NCBI GenBank assembly: GCA_035702105.1
Contig: DASSQZ010000148.1
Span: 1 to 52,779, forward strand
From: Myxococcales bacterium
GTDB lineage: Bacteria; Myxococcota; Myxococcia; Myxococcales; 40CM-4-68-19
DNA length: 52,779 nucleotides
Direction of reading: 5' to 3'
The notes beneath the pieces are model-generated. The model searched no databases. It was not told the origin of the DNA and worked only from the letters and a program-made list of their open reading frames with translations. This document shows, in pieces, positions 45,624 to 52,779 of the stretch (position 1 is its first letter; each line of letters begins with the position of its first letter). A program made the translations under genes and the position numbers.

Positions 45624-46778
45624 GTGCCGCTGCACCTCTCGCTCCTGGCGCTGCCCGCAGGGGTCGACTCGATCAAGGGCATCCTCTGGAGCGCGGGGCC
45701 GCGCGGGCTCCTGCTCTGGCAGTGGCTTGCCCTGGTTCCGATGGCGGCCGCCGCGGTGCTGCTCGGCCGGCTCCTCGCGCGCATCACCTCGTCGATGGGA
45801 AGGAAGCTCACCGCGAAGACGGGCACGCAGTGGGACGACCGGGTGCTCGACGACCTGGGCAAGCCCATCGGCCTTGCCTGGGCCGTGGGCCTGCTCTGGG
45901 CCTCCCTGCCGCTGCTCGACGCCACCGGAGCGGCGGAGAGCTTCCTTCGCGTGCTGCTGCGCGCGGTGCTCTTTGCGGTCTTCTTCTGGTCGCTGCTGCG
46001 CATGGTCGAGGTGGGCCGGCAATTTCTGGCGACGCGGCCGTGGGCGCAGGCCAATCCCGCCTCGCGCTCGCTCCTGCAACTGGGAACGCGCGCCGCCAAG
46101 GTGGTCACCTTCGTCATCGCGGTGATCGCGATCGTCTCCGAGCTCGGCTACCCGGTGGGCAGCCTGCTGGCAGGCCTGGGCATCGGCGGCCTCGCCGTGG
46201 CGCTCGCCGCGCAGAAGACGCTCGAGAACGTGCTCGGCGCGTTTTCCATCGGATTCGATCAGCCCTTTCGCGAAGGCGACTTCGTCCACGTCGAGGACTT
46301 CGTCGCCACCGTGGAGACGATCGGGCTGCGCTCCACGCGCTTCCGCACGCTGGATCGCACGCTGGTCACCATTCCCAACGGCCGGCTGGCGGACATGCGC
46401 ATCGAGAACTTCGCTCCGCGCGACCGCCTGCGGCTTGCCTGCACCGTGGGAGTCGAGTACGGCGCCTCCGCCGGACAGATGCGGCTGCTGATCGCCGGGC
46501 TCGAGCGCGTGCTGCGCCAGCACCCGAAGATCTGGCCGGACGCGGTGACGGTGCGCTTCAAGGAGTATGCGGCTTCCTCGCTCGACATCGAGGTGATGGC
46601 CTGGTTCCAGACCTCGGACTGGTCGGAGTTCCAGCTCATCCGGCAGGAAGTGCTGCTGCAGTTCATGGGAGTGGTGGAGGGCTGCGGCTGCTCGTTCGCA
46701 TTCCCCACCACCACGGTTCACCTGGCGCGCCCGCCGCAGGCCGATGCCGGTCCGCGGGGCGCTGATCGCGAGGCGTGA
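45624..46778 (+). CDS. Mechanosensitive ion channel, MscS family
   Basis: The GTG start is 1 nt after the previous stop. MscS core: GIGGLAVALAAQKTLENVLGAFSIGFDQPFREGDFVHVEDFVATVETIGLRSTRFRTLDRTLVTIPNGRLADMRIENF. Confidence 0.8.
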   Translation: MPLHLSLLALPAGVDSIKGILWSAGPRGLLLWQWLALVPMAAAAVLLGRLLARITSSMGRKLTAKTGTQWDDRVLDDLGKPIGLAWAVGLLWASLPLLDATGAAESFLRVLLRAVLFAVFFWSLLRMVEVGRQFLATRPWAQANPASRSLLQLGTRAAKVVTFVIAVIAIVSELGYPVGSLLAGLGIGGLAVALAAQKTLENVLGAFSIGFDQPFREGDFVHVEDFVATVETIGLRSTRFRTLDRTLVTIPNGRLADMRIENFAPRDRLRLACTVGVEYGASAGQMRLLIAGLERVLRQHPKIWPDAVTVRFKEYAASSLDIEVMAWFQTSDWSEFQLIRQEVLLQFMGVVEGCGCSFAFPTTTVHLARPPQADAGPRGADREA

Positions 46779-46802
46779 TAGATCCCGCGCGGAGGAGGGG
46801 AG

Positions 46803-48281
46803 ATGAGATCGACCGCGTGGATTTTGCTCTCGGCGGCCCTGTTCATGCTTCCGCAGGCGCGCGCGGAGGAGGGGCGAGGACCGCTCCAGCCCGCGAAGCT
46901 GCCGCGCGTCGCCACCGTCGACGAGCGCTACCCGTCGTACGACGTGGAGATGGCGGAGGTGATCGGGTCCCAGGCGCTGCCGCCTGCGGATCTTTCGCGG
47001 CCGGCCCTGCGAAAGCTCGCCGCAGCGCTGGGCCCCGCCTACGTGCGCGTGAGCGGGACCGCGGCCAATACGGTGTACTTCCACGACTCGGATGCGCCTC
47101 CTCCCGCGGCTCCTCCGAAGGGCTTCCAGGGCATCCTCACCCGCGCCGAATGGAAGGGCGTGGTCGACTTCGCCCGCGCGGTGAACGCGAAGATCGTCAC
47201 CTCCTTCGCGATCAGCGCGGGTGTCCGCGACCCGGCGGGCGTGTGGACGCCGGACCAGGCCCGCAAGCTGGTTGCGTATACGAAATCGATCGGCGGACAG
47301 ATCGCCGCGGCGGAGCTCTTCGACGAGCCCACCTTCCCGGCGGCGGGCGGCGCTCCGCCAGGCTATGACGCCGCGGAATTCGCGCGCGATCTGGCCGCGT
47401 TCCGGCGCTTTGCCCGGCGGGCGGCGCCCTCGATGCGGATCGCCGGTCCGGGATCGGCCGGCGAGGGCGTGCCGGTGGTGGCGCCGTCCACTCCCATGCT
47501 TCACACCGAGGCGCTGCTCGGCGAAGAGCCGCGGCCGGTCTTCGACGTCTTCTCGTATCATTCCTATGGCGCGGCTTCGTTGAGGTGCGCGGGAATGGGC
47601 CAGCTCATGCTCACCTCGCCGGACCAGGCCATGTCCGAGGAGTGGCTCTCCCGCAGCGACAAGATCCACGATTTCTACCAGCGCCTTCGCGACCGCTTCG
47701 CGCCCGGCAAGCCCATCTGGGTGACGGAGACGGCGGACGCAGCCTGCGGCGGCAATCCCTGGGCGTCGAGCTTCCTCGACAGCTTCCGCTACCTCGATCA
47801 GCTCGGCCGGCTGGCAAGGCGCGGGGTGAAGGTCCAGATGCACCGCGCGCTCGCCTCGGGCGAGTCCGCCCTGATCGACCCGAAGACGCTCACGCCGCGG
47901 CCCGATTACTGGGCGGCGCTGCTCTGGCGGCGCCTGATGGGAACCACCGTGCTCGACCCCGGGCCTTCCCGCGAAGGGCTGCACCTCTACGCGCACTGCC
48001 TGCGCGGCCATTCCGGCGGCGTGGCCCTGCTCGCCATCAACAACACCCGCAACCAGCCGGAATCGATCGAGCTCCCCGTCGAGGCGGTGCGCTACACGCT
48101 CTCCGCGAAGAGGCTGCGAGAGTCGCGCGTCGACCTGAACGCGAACACCTTGCGGCTGCAGGCCGACGGCGAGCTCCCCGAGCTGCGGCCGGTTCCGACC
48201 CTGAAGGGAGTGGTCGTGCTGGTGCCTTCGAGCATCACCTTCATCGCCATCGCCGGCGCCGGGAACCGCGCCTGCAGGTAG
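46803..48281 (+). CDS. Secreted glycoside hydrolase, GH79-like (heparanase/beta-glucuronidase fold)
   Basis: RBS GGAGGAGGGGAG. Signal peptide. (beta/alpha)8-like core with WVTETADAACGGNPWASSFLDSFRYLDQLG (catalytic Glu context) and a C-terminal beta-sandwich. Confidence 0.6.
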   Translation: MRSTAWILLSAALFMLPQARAEEGRGPLQPAKLPRVATVDERYPSYDVEMAEVIGSQALPPADLSRPALRKLAAALGPAYVRVSGTAANTVYFHDSDAPPPAAPPKGFQGILTRAEWKGVVDFARAVNAKIVTSFAISAGVRDPAGVWTPDQARKLVAYTKSIGGQIAAAELFDEPTFPAAGGAPPGYDAAEFARDLAAFRRFARRAAPSMRIAGPGSAGEGVPVVAPSTPMLHTEALLGEEPRPVFDVFSYHSYGAASLRCAGMGQLMLTSPDQAMSEEWLSRSDKIHDFYQRLRDRFAPGKPIWVTETADAACGGNPWASSFLDSFRYLDQLGRLARRGVKVQMHRALASGESALIDPKTLTPRPDYWAALLWRRLMGTTVLDPGPSREGLHLYAHCLRGHSGGVALLAINNTRNQPESIELPVEAVRYTLSAKRLRESRVDLNANTLRLQADGELPELRPVPTLKGVVVLVPSSITFIAIAGAGNRACR

Positions 48282-48316
48282 CGGCGGGCGCCGGCGCTCC
48301 GGCGGGGCGGAGGGCG

Positions 48317-49864
48317 CTACGACTTGAGGCGGGCGCGCAGCTCCCTCTTCAGCAGCTTGCCGCTCGGGTTCTTGGGCAGGCTCTCGACGAAGACGATGCG
48401 CTTGGGGACCTTGAAGGTGGCCATGCGCGGCTTGCAGTATTCGATCAGCGTCTTCTCGTCGAGGGTGCTGCCCTGCTTCACCACGATGACGGCGGTGACC
48501 GCCTCCACCCAGTAGGGATCGGGCAGGCCGATGACCGCCACCTCGGCCACCGCGGGGTGCTGGTAGATCTTCTCCTCCACCTCGCGGCTGGCCACGTTCT
48601 CGCCGCCGGACTTGATCATGTCCTTCTTGCGGTCGACCACCGTGATGTAGCCCTCCTCGTCGACGGTGGCGAGGTCGCCGCTGTGGAACCAGCCGCCCTC
48701 GAAGGCGGCGGCGGTGCGCGGCTCGTCGTTGAAGTAGCCGGTGAGGAGCTGGGGCGAGCGGTGCACGATCTCTCCCACCTCGCCGGGGCCGACGTCCTTC
48801 ATGGCGTTGTCCACCACGCGCGTCTCCACGTTCAGCACCGCGCGGCCCGCCGAGCCCGCCTTGCGCACCTGGTCCTCGGGCTTGAGCACGGTGGCGAGCG
48901 GCGCGATCTCGGTCTGGCCGTAGAAGTTCCACAGCCGCACCTTGGGCAGGCGCCGGCCGATCTCCTCGAGCACCGCCACCGGCATGATCGAGGCGCCATA
49001 GTAGCCCTTGGAAAGCTTCGAGAGATCCGCCTTGTCGAACTGCGGCGAGCGCAGGAGCGCGATCCAGACCGACGGCGGAGCGAAGAAGGAGGTGGCGCCG
49101 TGCTTCTCCAGCAGGGCGAGGATGTTGTCCGGGGTGGGCTTGCCGGTGATGATGCTGGTCGCGCCGACGTAGATCGAGGGGCCGAGGAACACGTCGAGCT
49201 GCGCGCAGTGGTAGAGCGGCAGCGCGTGGAGCACGCGGTCGGAGGTGGCGATCTCGCCCTCGACGATGCAGCTCACGTACTCCCAGAGCAGCGCCTCGTG
49301 CGTGAGCATGGCGCCCTTGGGCAGCGACTCGGTGCCGCTGGTGTAGATGATCTGCGCCAGCGAGCTGCCCTGCACGTCGCCGTCGACCGGCCGCGCCGGC
49401 GCGGAGATCAGCGCCTCGAAGGTGAGCCTTTCCTCCGGCGCCTTCGAGCTCTCCTCGCCCGGCAGCCAGATCAGCCGCTCTACCTTGGTGTCGCGCGCCG
49501 CCGCCTGCTTGCCCGGCTCCACCAGGTCCGGGCCCAGCGCCAGGAACTTCGCTCCGGCGTGGCGGAGGATGAAGGCGGCCTCCTCGGCGTTGAGCATGAA
49601 GTTGATGGGCACCAGCACCGCGCCGAGGCGCGCCAGCGCGAAGCGGAGCGCCGCGAACGCGTGCGAGTTGCGGGAGAGGACGGCGACCCGGTCGCCCGGG
49701 CGGACGCCGATGCCGGCGAGCCCGGACGCTGCCCGGTTGCAGATGTCGTCCAGCTCCGCGAAGGTCCAGCTCACCTCTCCGCAGACGATGGCCGTCTTGC
49801 GCGGGTGGCGCGCGGCGCTGCGGTGCAGGATGTCGCCCAGGGTCTGCCGCCAGAGGTTCTGCAT
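48317..49864 (-). CDS. AMP-dependent synthetase/ligase (fatty-acyl-CoA synthetase, FadD-like)
   Basis: AMP-binding motif IIYTSGTESLPKGAMLTHE. Downstream motifs GYGQTE-like (FYGQTEIAP), GWFHSGDLA, and ...PKNPSGKLLKREL. Confidence 0.85.
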   Translation of the reverse strand: MQNLWRQTLGDILHRSAARHPRKTAIVCGEVSWTFAELDDICNRAASGLAGIGVRPGDRVAVLSRNSHAFAALRFALARLGAVLVPINFMLNAEEAAFILRHAGAKFLALGPDLVEPGKQAAARDTKVERLIWLPGEESSKAPEERLTFEALISAPARPVDGDVQGSSLAQIIYTSGTESLPKGAMLTHEALLWEYVSCIVEGEIATSDRVLHALPLYHCAQLDVFLGPSIYVGATSIITGKPTPDNILALLEKHGATSFFAPPSVWIALLRSPQFDKADLSKLSKGYYGASIMPVAVLEEIGRRLPKVRLWNFYGQTEIAPLATVLKPEDQVRKAGSAGRAVLNVETRVVDNAMKDVGPGEVGEIVHRSPQLLTGYFNDEPRTAAAFEGGWFHSGDLATVDEEGYITVVDRKKDMIKSGGENVASREVEEKIYQHPAVAEVAVIGLPDPYWVEAVTAVIVVKQGSTLDEKTLIEYCKPRMATFKVPKRIVFVESLPKNPSGKLLKRELRARLKS

Positions 49865-50151
49865 GCCGGTCCTCCCGAGCCTCCTGTCGCCGTTCCCCGA
49901 GGGCCGGCGGCGCAGGCGCTACGTTCGGGACCTTACCACGCGAAAAGCGCCGGCCGGGTGGGCGCGCCGGCGCCGCTGGCTGCGGCCACGGCAACGTAGT
50001 CGCTCTCTTCGCGGTTGGCGACGACGTCACCGTCAACCCGCATGGAATCACGGTGAAGGACGACATCAACCGGATCGTGACCTGCGGCGCATGCAGGCGC
50101 CCCGGGGCCGGCCGGTCCGTGCTTTCATTCACGATGCGTGGCGGAGAAAAC

Positions 50152-50970
50152 ATGACCGAAGAGCTGAAACGCAAGACGGTGGGTCGCCTCAGCCTCCTTC
50201 GCGGCGGCAGCGGGCCGGCGCTGGTGCTGCTGCACGGGATTCCCGGCTCCGCCTATTCCTGGGAGGGCGTGGGAGAGCGGCTCACCGACCGCTTCGACGT
50301 GATCATTCCCGATCTCGCGGGATTCGGAATGAGCAAGGAACCTCCCGGGGACTACTACATGGAGGCGCAGGCCGCGGCCCTGCGCGCGCTGCTCGAGGAG
50401 CTGGGGATCGCCTCACTCTACCTCGGGGGGCACGACTTCGGCGGCCCGGTTGCGATCACCTTCTTGCGCATGTTCCCGGAGATCGAGGTGCGCGGGCTCC
50501 TGCTCAGCGCGACCAATCTCTTCACCGATACCTTCGTGCCGGTGCCCTTGCGCGCCGCGCGGATTCCGCTCCTGGGCCAGCTCGTCTTCCACCTCATGGC
50601 CGGCAACAAGCCTGCCTTCTGGATGATGTACAAGCAGGCGGCGCGCAACAAGGAGGTGGCCACCTGGGACCGGTTCGCGCGCCATCTCACGCCCGGGGGC
50701 ATGCGGTTGACGCGGAAGATCTTCCACCGCAGCCTCGCGGATCTGAAGGCGAACTACTCCGCCGTGCAGGGCTTTCTCGGCGGGCTCGAGCTGCCCACCA
50801 CCGTGGTCTGGGGCGACAGCGATCCGTTCTTCGCGGTCGAGGTGGGCGAGCGGACCCGGGACGCCATCCCCGGCGCCCGCCTCGAGGTCTATCCGCGCAC
50901 CGGACACTTCGTCCCCGAAGAGCAGCCCGAGCTCCTTGCCGCCGATCTCCGCAATGCCTTTGCGAGCTAG
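50152..50970 (+). CDS. Alpha/beta-hydrolase (epoxide hydrolase/haloalkane dehalogenase-like)
   Basis: RBS GGAGAA before the internal ATG. HGIPGSAYSW (HGxP oxyanion motif). Nucleophile elbow LGGHDFGG. C-terminal His in TGHFVPEEQP. Confidence 0.8.
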   Translation: MTEELKRKTVGRLSLLRGGSGPALVLLHGIPGSAYSWEGVGERLTDRFDVIIPDLAGFGMSKEPPGDYYMEAQAAALRALLEELGIASLYLGGHDFGGPVAITFLRMFPEIEVRGLLLSATNLFTDTFVPVPLRAARIPLLGQLVFHLMAGNKPAFWMMYKQAARNKEVATWDRFARHLTPGGMRLTRKIFHRSLADLKANYSAVQGFLGGLELPTTVVWGDSDPFFAVEVGERTRDAIPGARLEVYPRTGHFVPEEQPELLAADLRNAFAS

Positions 50971-51336
50971 GCGAATGGCGGCGATGCGGATGGCCTGGCT
51001 GCTCGCGCTCGGCTGCGCCCGGGGACAGAGGCCGGCGGCGACGGAGCAGCCGCCCCTTCTCGCGGGCGGGCGCGATCTCAGCATCGGCGCCGACGAGCTC
51101 GCGCGCAGCCTTTCCGACCAGACCAGCTCACCTCTCTGCGCCCTGAACGCTCATGCGGACGTGAAGCTGCAGGACGAGGTTCGCCGGCGGCAGCACTGCG
51201 CTGCCCGCGCTCAACCGCGACGACGAGCTGGTCCAGGCCAGGGCGTTCCTGCGCGGCTCCGGCGTCCAGGTCCGCTGCGCCGCAGCCGGCGAGAATCCGC
51301 TTCCCCGGAGAAGACGCGGCCAGGTAGCGGCGCCCA

Positions 51337-52668
51337 TCAGCGGACCTCGACGCGGGCTCCCTCCTTGACGCGATCGCCGGGGTGGACGGCGACCAGCGTC
51401 CCCGGCTCGAGCCCCTCGAGCACCTCCACCTCGGACTCGCCGCGGTGGCCGATGCGCACCGGCACCAGGCGGGACTTGCCGGAGTCGATGCGGAACGCGG
51501 CCCAGCCGTCGCCGTGGCGGAAGGCGGCTCCCTGGGGAATCTTGGCCACTCCTTCGCCCTGCCAGAGCACCAGGCGCGCCTCGATGCGGAAGGCGTCGCC
51601 CAGCGCCGACCAGGCCTCGTGCGGGTCGGTGAAGACGGCGATGACGTTGACCCGCTGCTCCTCGACGCCGAGGGCGGAGAGCTTGGTGAACGCGGAGGGC
51701 TCGATGCGCCGGACGCGGGCCGCCAGCGCGCGGTCGCCGCCCCAGCCCTGGACGGTGACGGGCGTGCCTGGCTGCACCTGGACGGCGTCGGTGGTCAGCA
51801 GATCGACCACCATCTCCAGCGCCTGCGGATCGCCCACCTCGAGCAGCGGCGCGCCGGCCTGGAGCACTCCCGCGCTCTTCTGCAGCACGCGCAGGACCCT
51901 GCCCGACGCCGGCGCGAGCACGTCGATGTGCCGGTCGCGCGAGGCGCCGCGGCCCTCGCCCGCGAGCGTGGCGCGCGCGATGCGGACCTGCTCCGATGCG
52001 ACCTTGACCGCGAACACCGCGGAGGAGAGCTCTTCGGCCCGGATGCGGGCATCGAACTCCGCCCGCTCCAGGTTCTGCTGCGTGAGCGATCCTCCCCGGG
52101 CCAGCGCCCTGGAGCGCGCAAGCTCGCCGGCTGCCAGCTCCTTGGCCACCCTGGCGCGCTCTTCCTGCGCCTGGGCCTGGCCCAGCCCGGAGAGCGCCGC
52201 GCTCAAGGTCGCCTGCGCCTCGGAGCGGGTGCGCTCGTCGAGCAGCGGCGCGAGCACCGGCGCGATCTCGGCCAGCACGTCGCCTTCCTTGACCGCGTCG
52301 CCCGGCTCGAGGATCTGGCGCGAGACGGTGCCCGCAACCGGCGCCGAGACGACGTAGCGGTCCTTGACCCGGGTCACGCCGGTCTCCTCGATGGCGACGA
52401 CCAGGCTCCCGCGGCTCACCTGCACCGCGTCCACGGGAACCGGCCGCGGGCGCACCGCCAGGGCGGTCAGCGCCAGGACGGCCACGACTGCCGCGGCAGC
52501 GAGCACGTGGCGGACGCGGTGCATGAAGCGCCGTCGGCGCTCCCGCTGGCGGGAGGCCGGGCCGCCGGTGGCTTCGCGAAACGCCGGGCGCGCCGGCTCC
52601 GGCGTCCCCGCCTGCGCCGCGGGGGCCGGCTCGATTCCAGAATTGCCCGTTTCCAACGAGTCCGTCAT
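51337..52668 (-). CDS. HlyD-family periplasmic adaptor (membrane fusion protein) of an ABC/RND efflux system
   Basis: N-terminal TM anchor (VLAAAAVVAVLALTALAV). Biotinyl/lipoyl-like hairpin (VSAPVAGTVSRQILEPGDAVKEGDVLAEI). Long coiled coil. Beta-barrel C-terminus. Confidence 0.8.
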   Translation of the reverse strand: MTDSLETGNSGIEPAPAAQAGTPEPARPAFREATGGPASRQRERRRRFMHRVRHVLAAAAVVAVLALTALAVRPRPVPVDAVQVSRGSLVVAIEETGVTRVKDRYVVSAPVAGTVSRQILEPGDAVKEGDVLAEIAPVLAPLLDERTRSEAQATLSAALSGLGQAQAQEERARVAKELAAGELARSRALARGGSLTQQNLERAEFDARIRAEELSSAVFAVKVASEQVRIARATLAGEGRGASRDRHIDVLAPASGRVLRVLQKSAGVLQAGAPLLEVGDPQALEMVVDLLTTDAVQVQPGTPVTVQGWGGDRALAARVRRIEPSAFTKLSALGVEEQRVNVIAVFTDPHEAWSALGDAFRIEARLVLWQGEGVAKIPQGAAFRHGDGWAAFRIDSGKSRLVPVRIGHRGESEVEVLEGLEPGTLVAVHPGDRVKEGARVEVR

Positions 52669-52671
52669 GTC

Positions 52672-52779
52672 TCACTCCCGCGTCTTGAGCACGCCGATGA
52701 GGTCGAGCCGATCGAGGCTGCGGCGCACCCAGAGCGCGCTCGCCGCCGCGGCCACCACGCCCACGGCGGTGGCGAGCAG
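52672..52779 (-). CDS. 3' end of an FtsX-domain ABC permease gene (MacB-like), partial at the window edge
   Basis: The reverse translation ends ...LLATAVGVVAAAASALWVRRSLDRLDLIGVLKTRE*, a typical FtsX/MacB C-terminus. It sits immediately upstream of the HlyD gene. Confidence 0.55.
   Translation of the reverse strand: MLATAVGVVAAAASALWVRRSLDRLDLIGVLKTRE

Noticed and set aside
45537-50174. 1545-aa minus-strand ORF and 804-aa plus-strand ORF 47585..49999 spanning the MscS, GH79 and acyl-CoA synthetase genes
   Set aside because: No real gene would run antisense through three well-supported genes. The translation is low complexity. It is a GC artefact.
1-52779. CRISPR arrays, IS elements/transposases, integrases, prophage genes
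   Set aside because: I found no spaced direct-repeat array and no transposase, integrase or phage-like ORF in any frame. The only repeats are the in-gene Cys-rich protein repeats (8022-8622) and a 54-nt duplication (37204-37280).

Overview
This is a very GC-rich (about 70% or more) bacterial chromosomal window. I infer a myxobacterial (Myxococcota) origin from three things: the tandem Myxococcus-type cysteine-rich repeats (CGDGxVNxxEECD...), the Asp-rich motif [38 protein letters not shown], and a SARP/AAA/TPR regulator alongside many large secreted multidomain proteins. I call 44 protein-coding genes and 2 pseudogenes, one partial. There is one tRNA and no CRISPR array, IS element, integrase or obvious prophage. 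Every long ORF antisense to, or out of frame with, a called gene looks like a GC-driven artefact.

Genes in order:
- MDR-type oxidoreductase, EamA transporter, SWIM-SNF2 helicase, atypical LuxR-type regulator.
- A three-gene secreted module at 7128-14835: a 1342-aa signal-peptide protein with terpenoid-cyclase-like repeats, four Myxococcus cysteine-rich repeats, a VWA-like domain and a D-rich metal-binding motif; a 1039-aa transglutaminase-like membrane protein whose catalytic Cys is replaced by Ser and which carries a post-TM Cys-rich C-terminal domain; and a 174-aa ORF overlapping the preceding stop.
- ChrB-like domain protein, DUF1259 protein, membrane protein, tRNA (anticodon GAA, atypical), SPFH/band-7 gene split by a 1-nt frameshift, lipase-like hydrolase.
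- A secreted beta-helix/PKD/DNRLRE protein, hotdog thioesterase, BBE-like FAD oxidase, SARP-family regulator, divergent subclass-B3 metallo-beta-lactamase.
- A tightly coupled alkylation-repair operon: AlkB, a second 2OG/Fe oxygenase, an ECF sigma factor, Ogt. Its upstream end is preceded by an acyl-CoA synthetase and a small membrane protein.
- A remnant AI-2E transporter gene, POT peptide transporter, UPF0016/GDT1 transporter, MsrQ/MsrP-like cytochrome b plus Mo-oxidoreductase, PAS protein, VOC protein, histidine kinase plus receiver, phytoene/squalene-synthase-like gene.
- A small-protein cluster ending in MscS, a GH79-like glycosidase, acyl-CoA synthetase, alpha/beta hydrolase, and a HlyD adaptor with a partial FtsX permease.

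The most unusual items are the VWA/transglutaminase-like(Ser)/small-ORF secreted module and the alkylation-repair operon with a sigma factor embedded in it.
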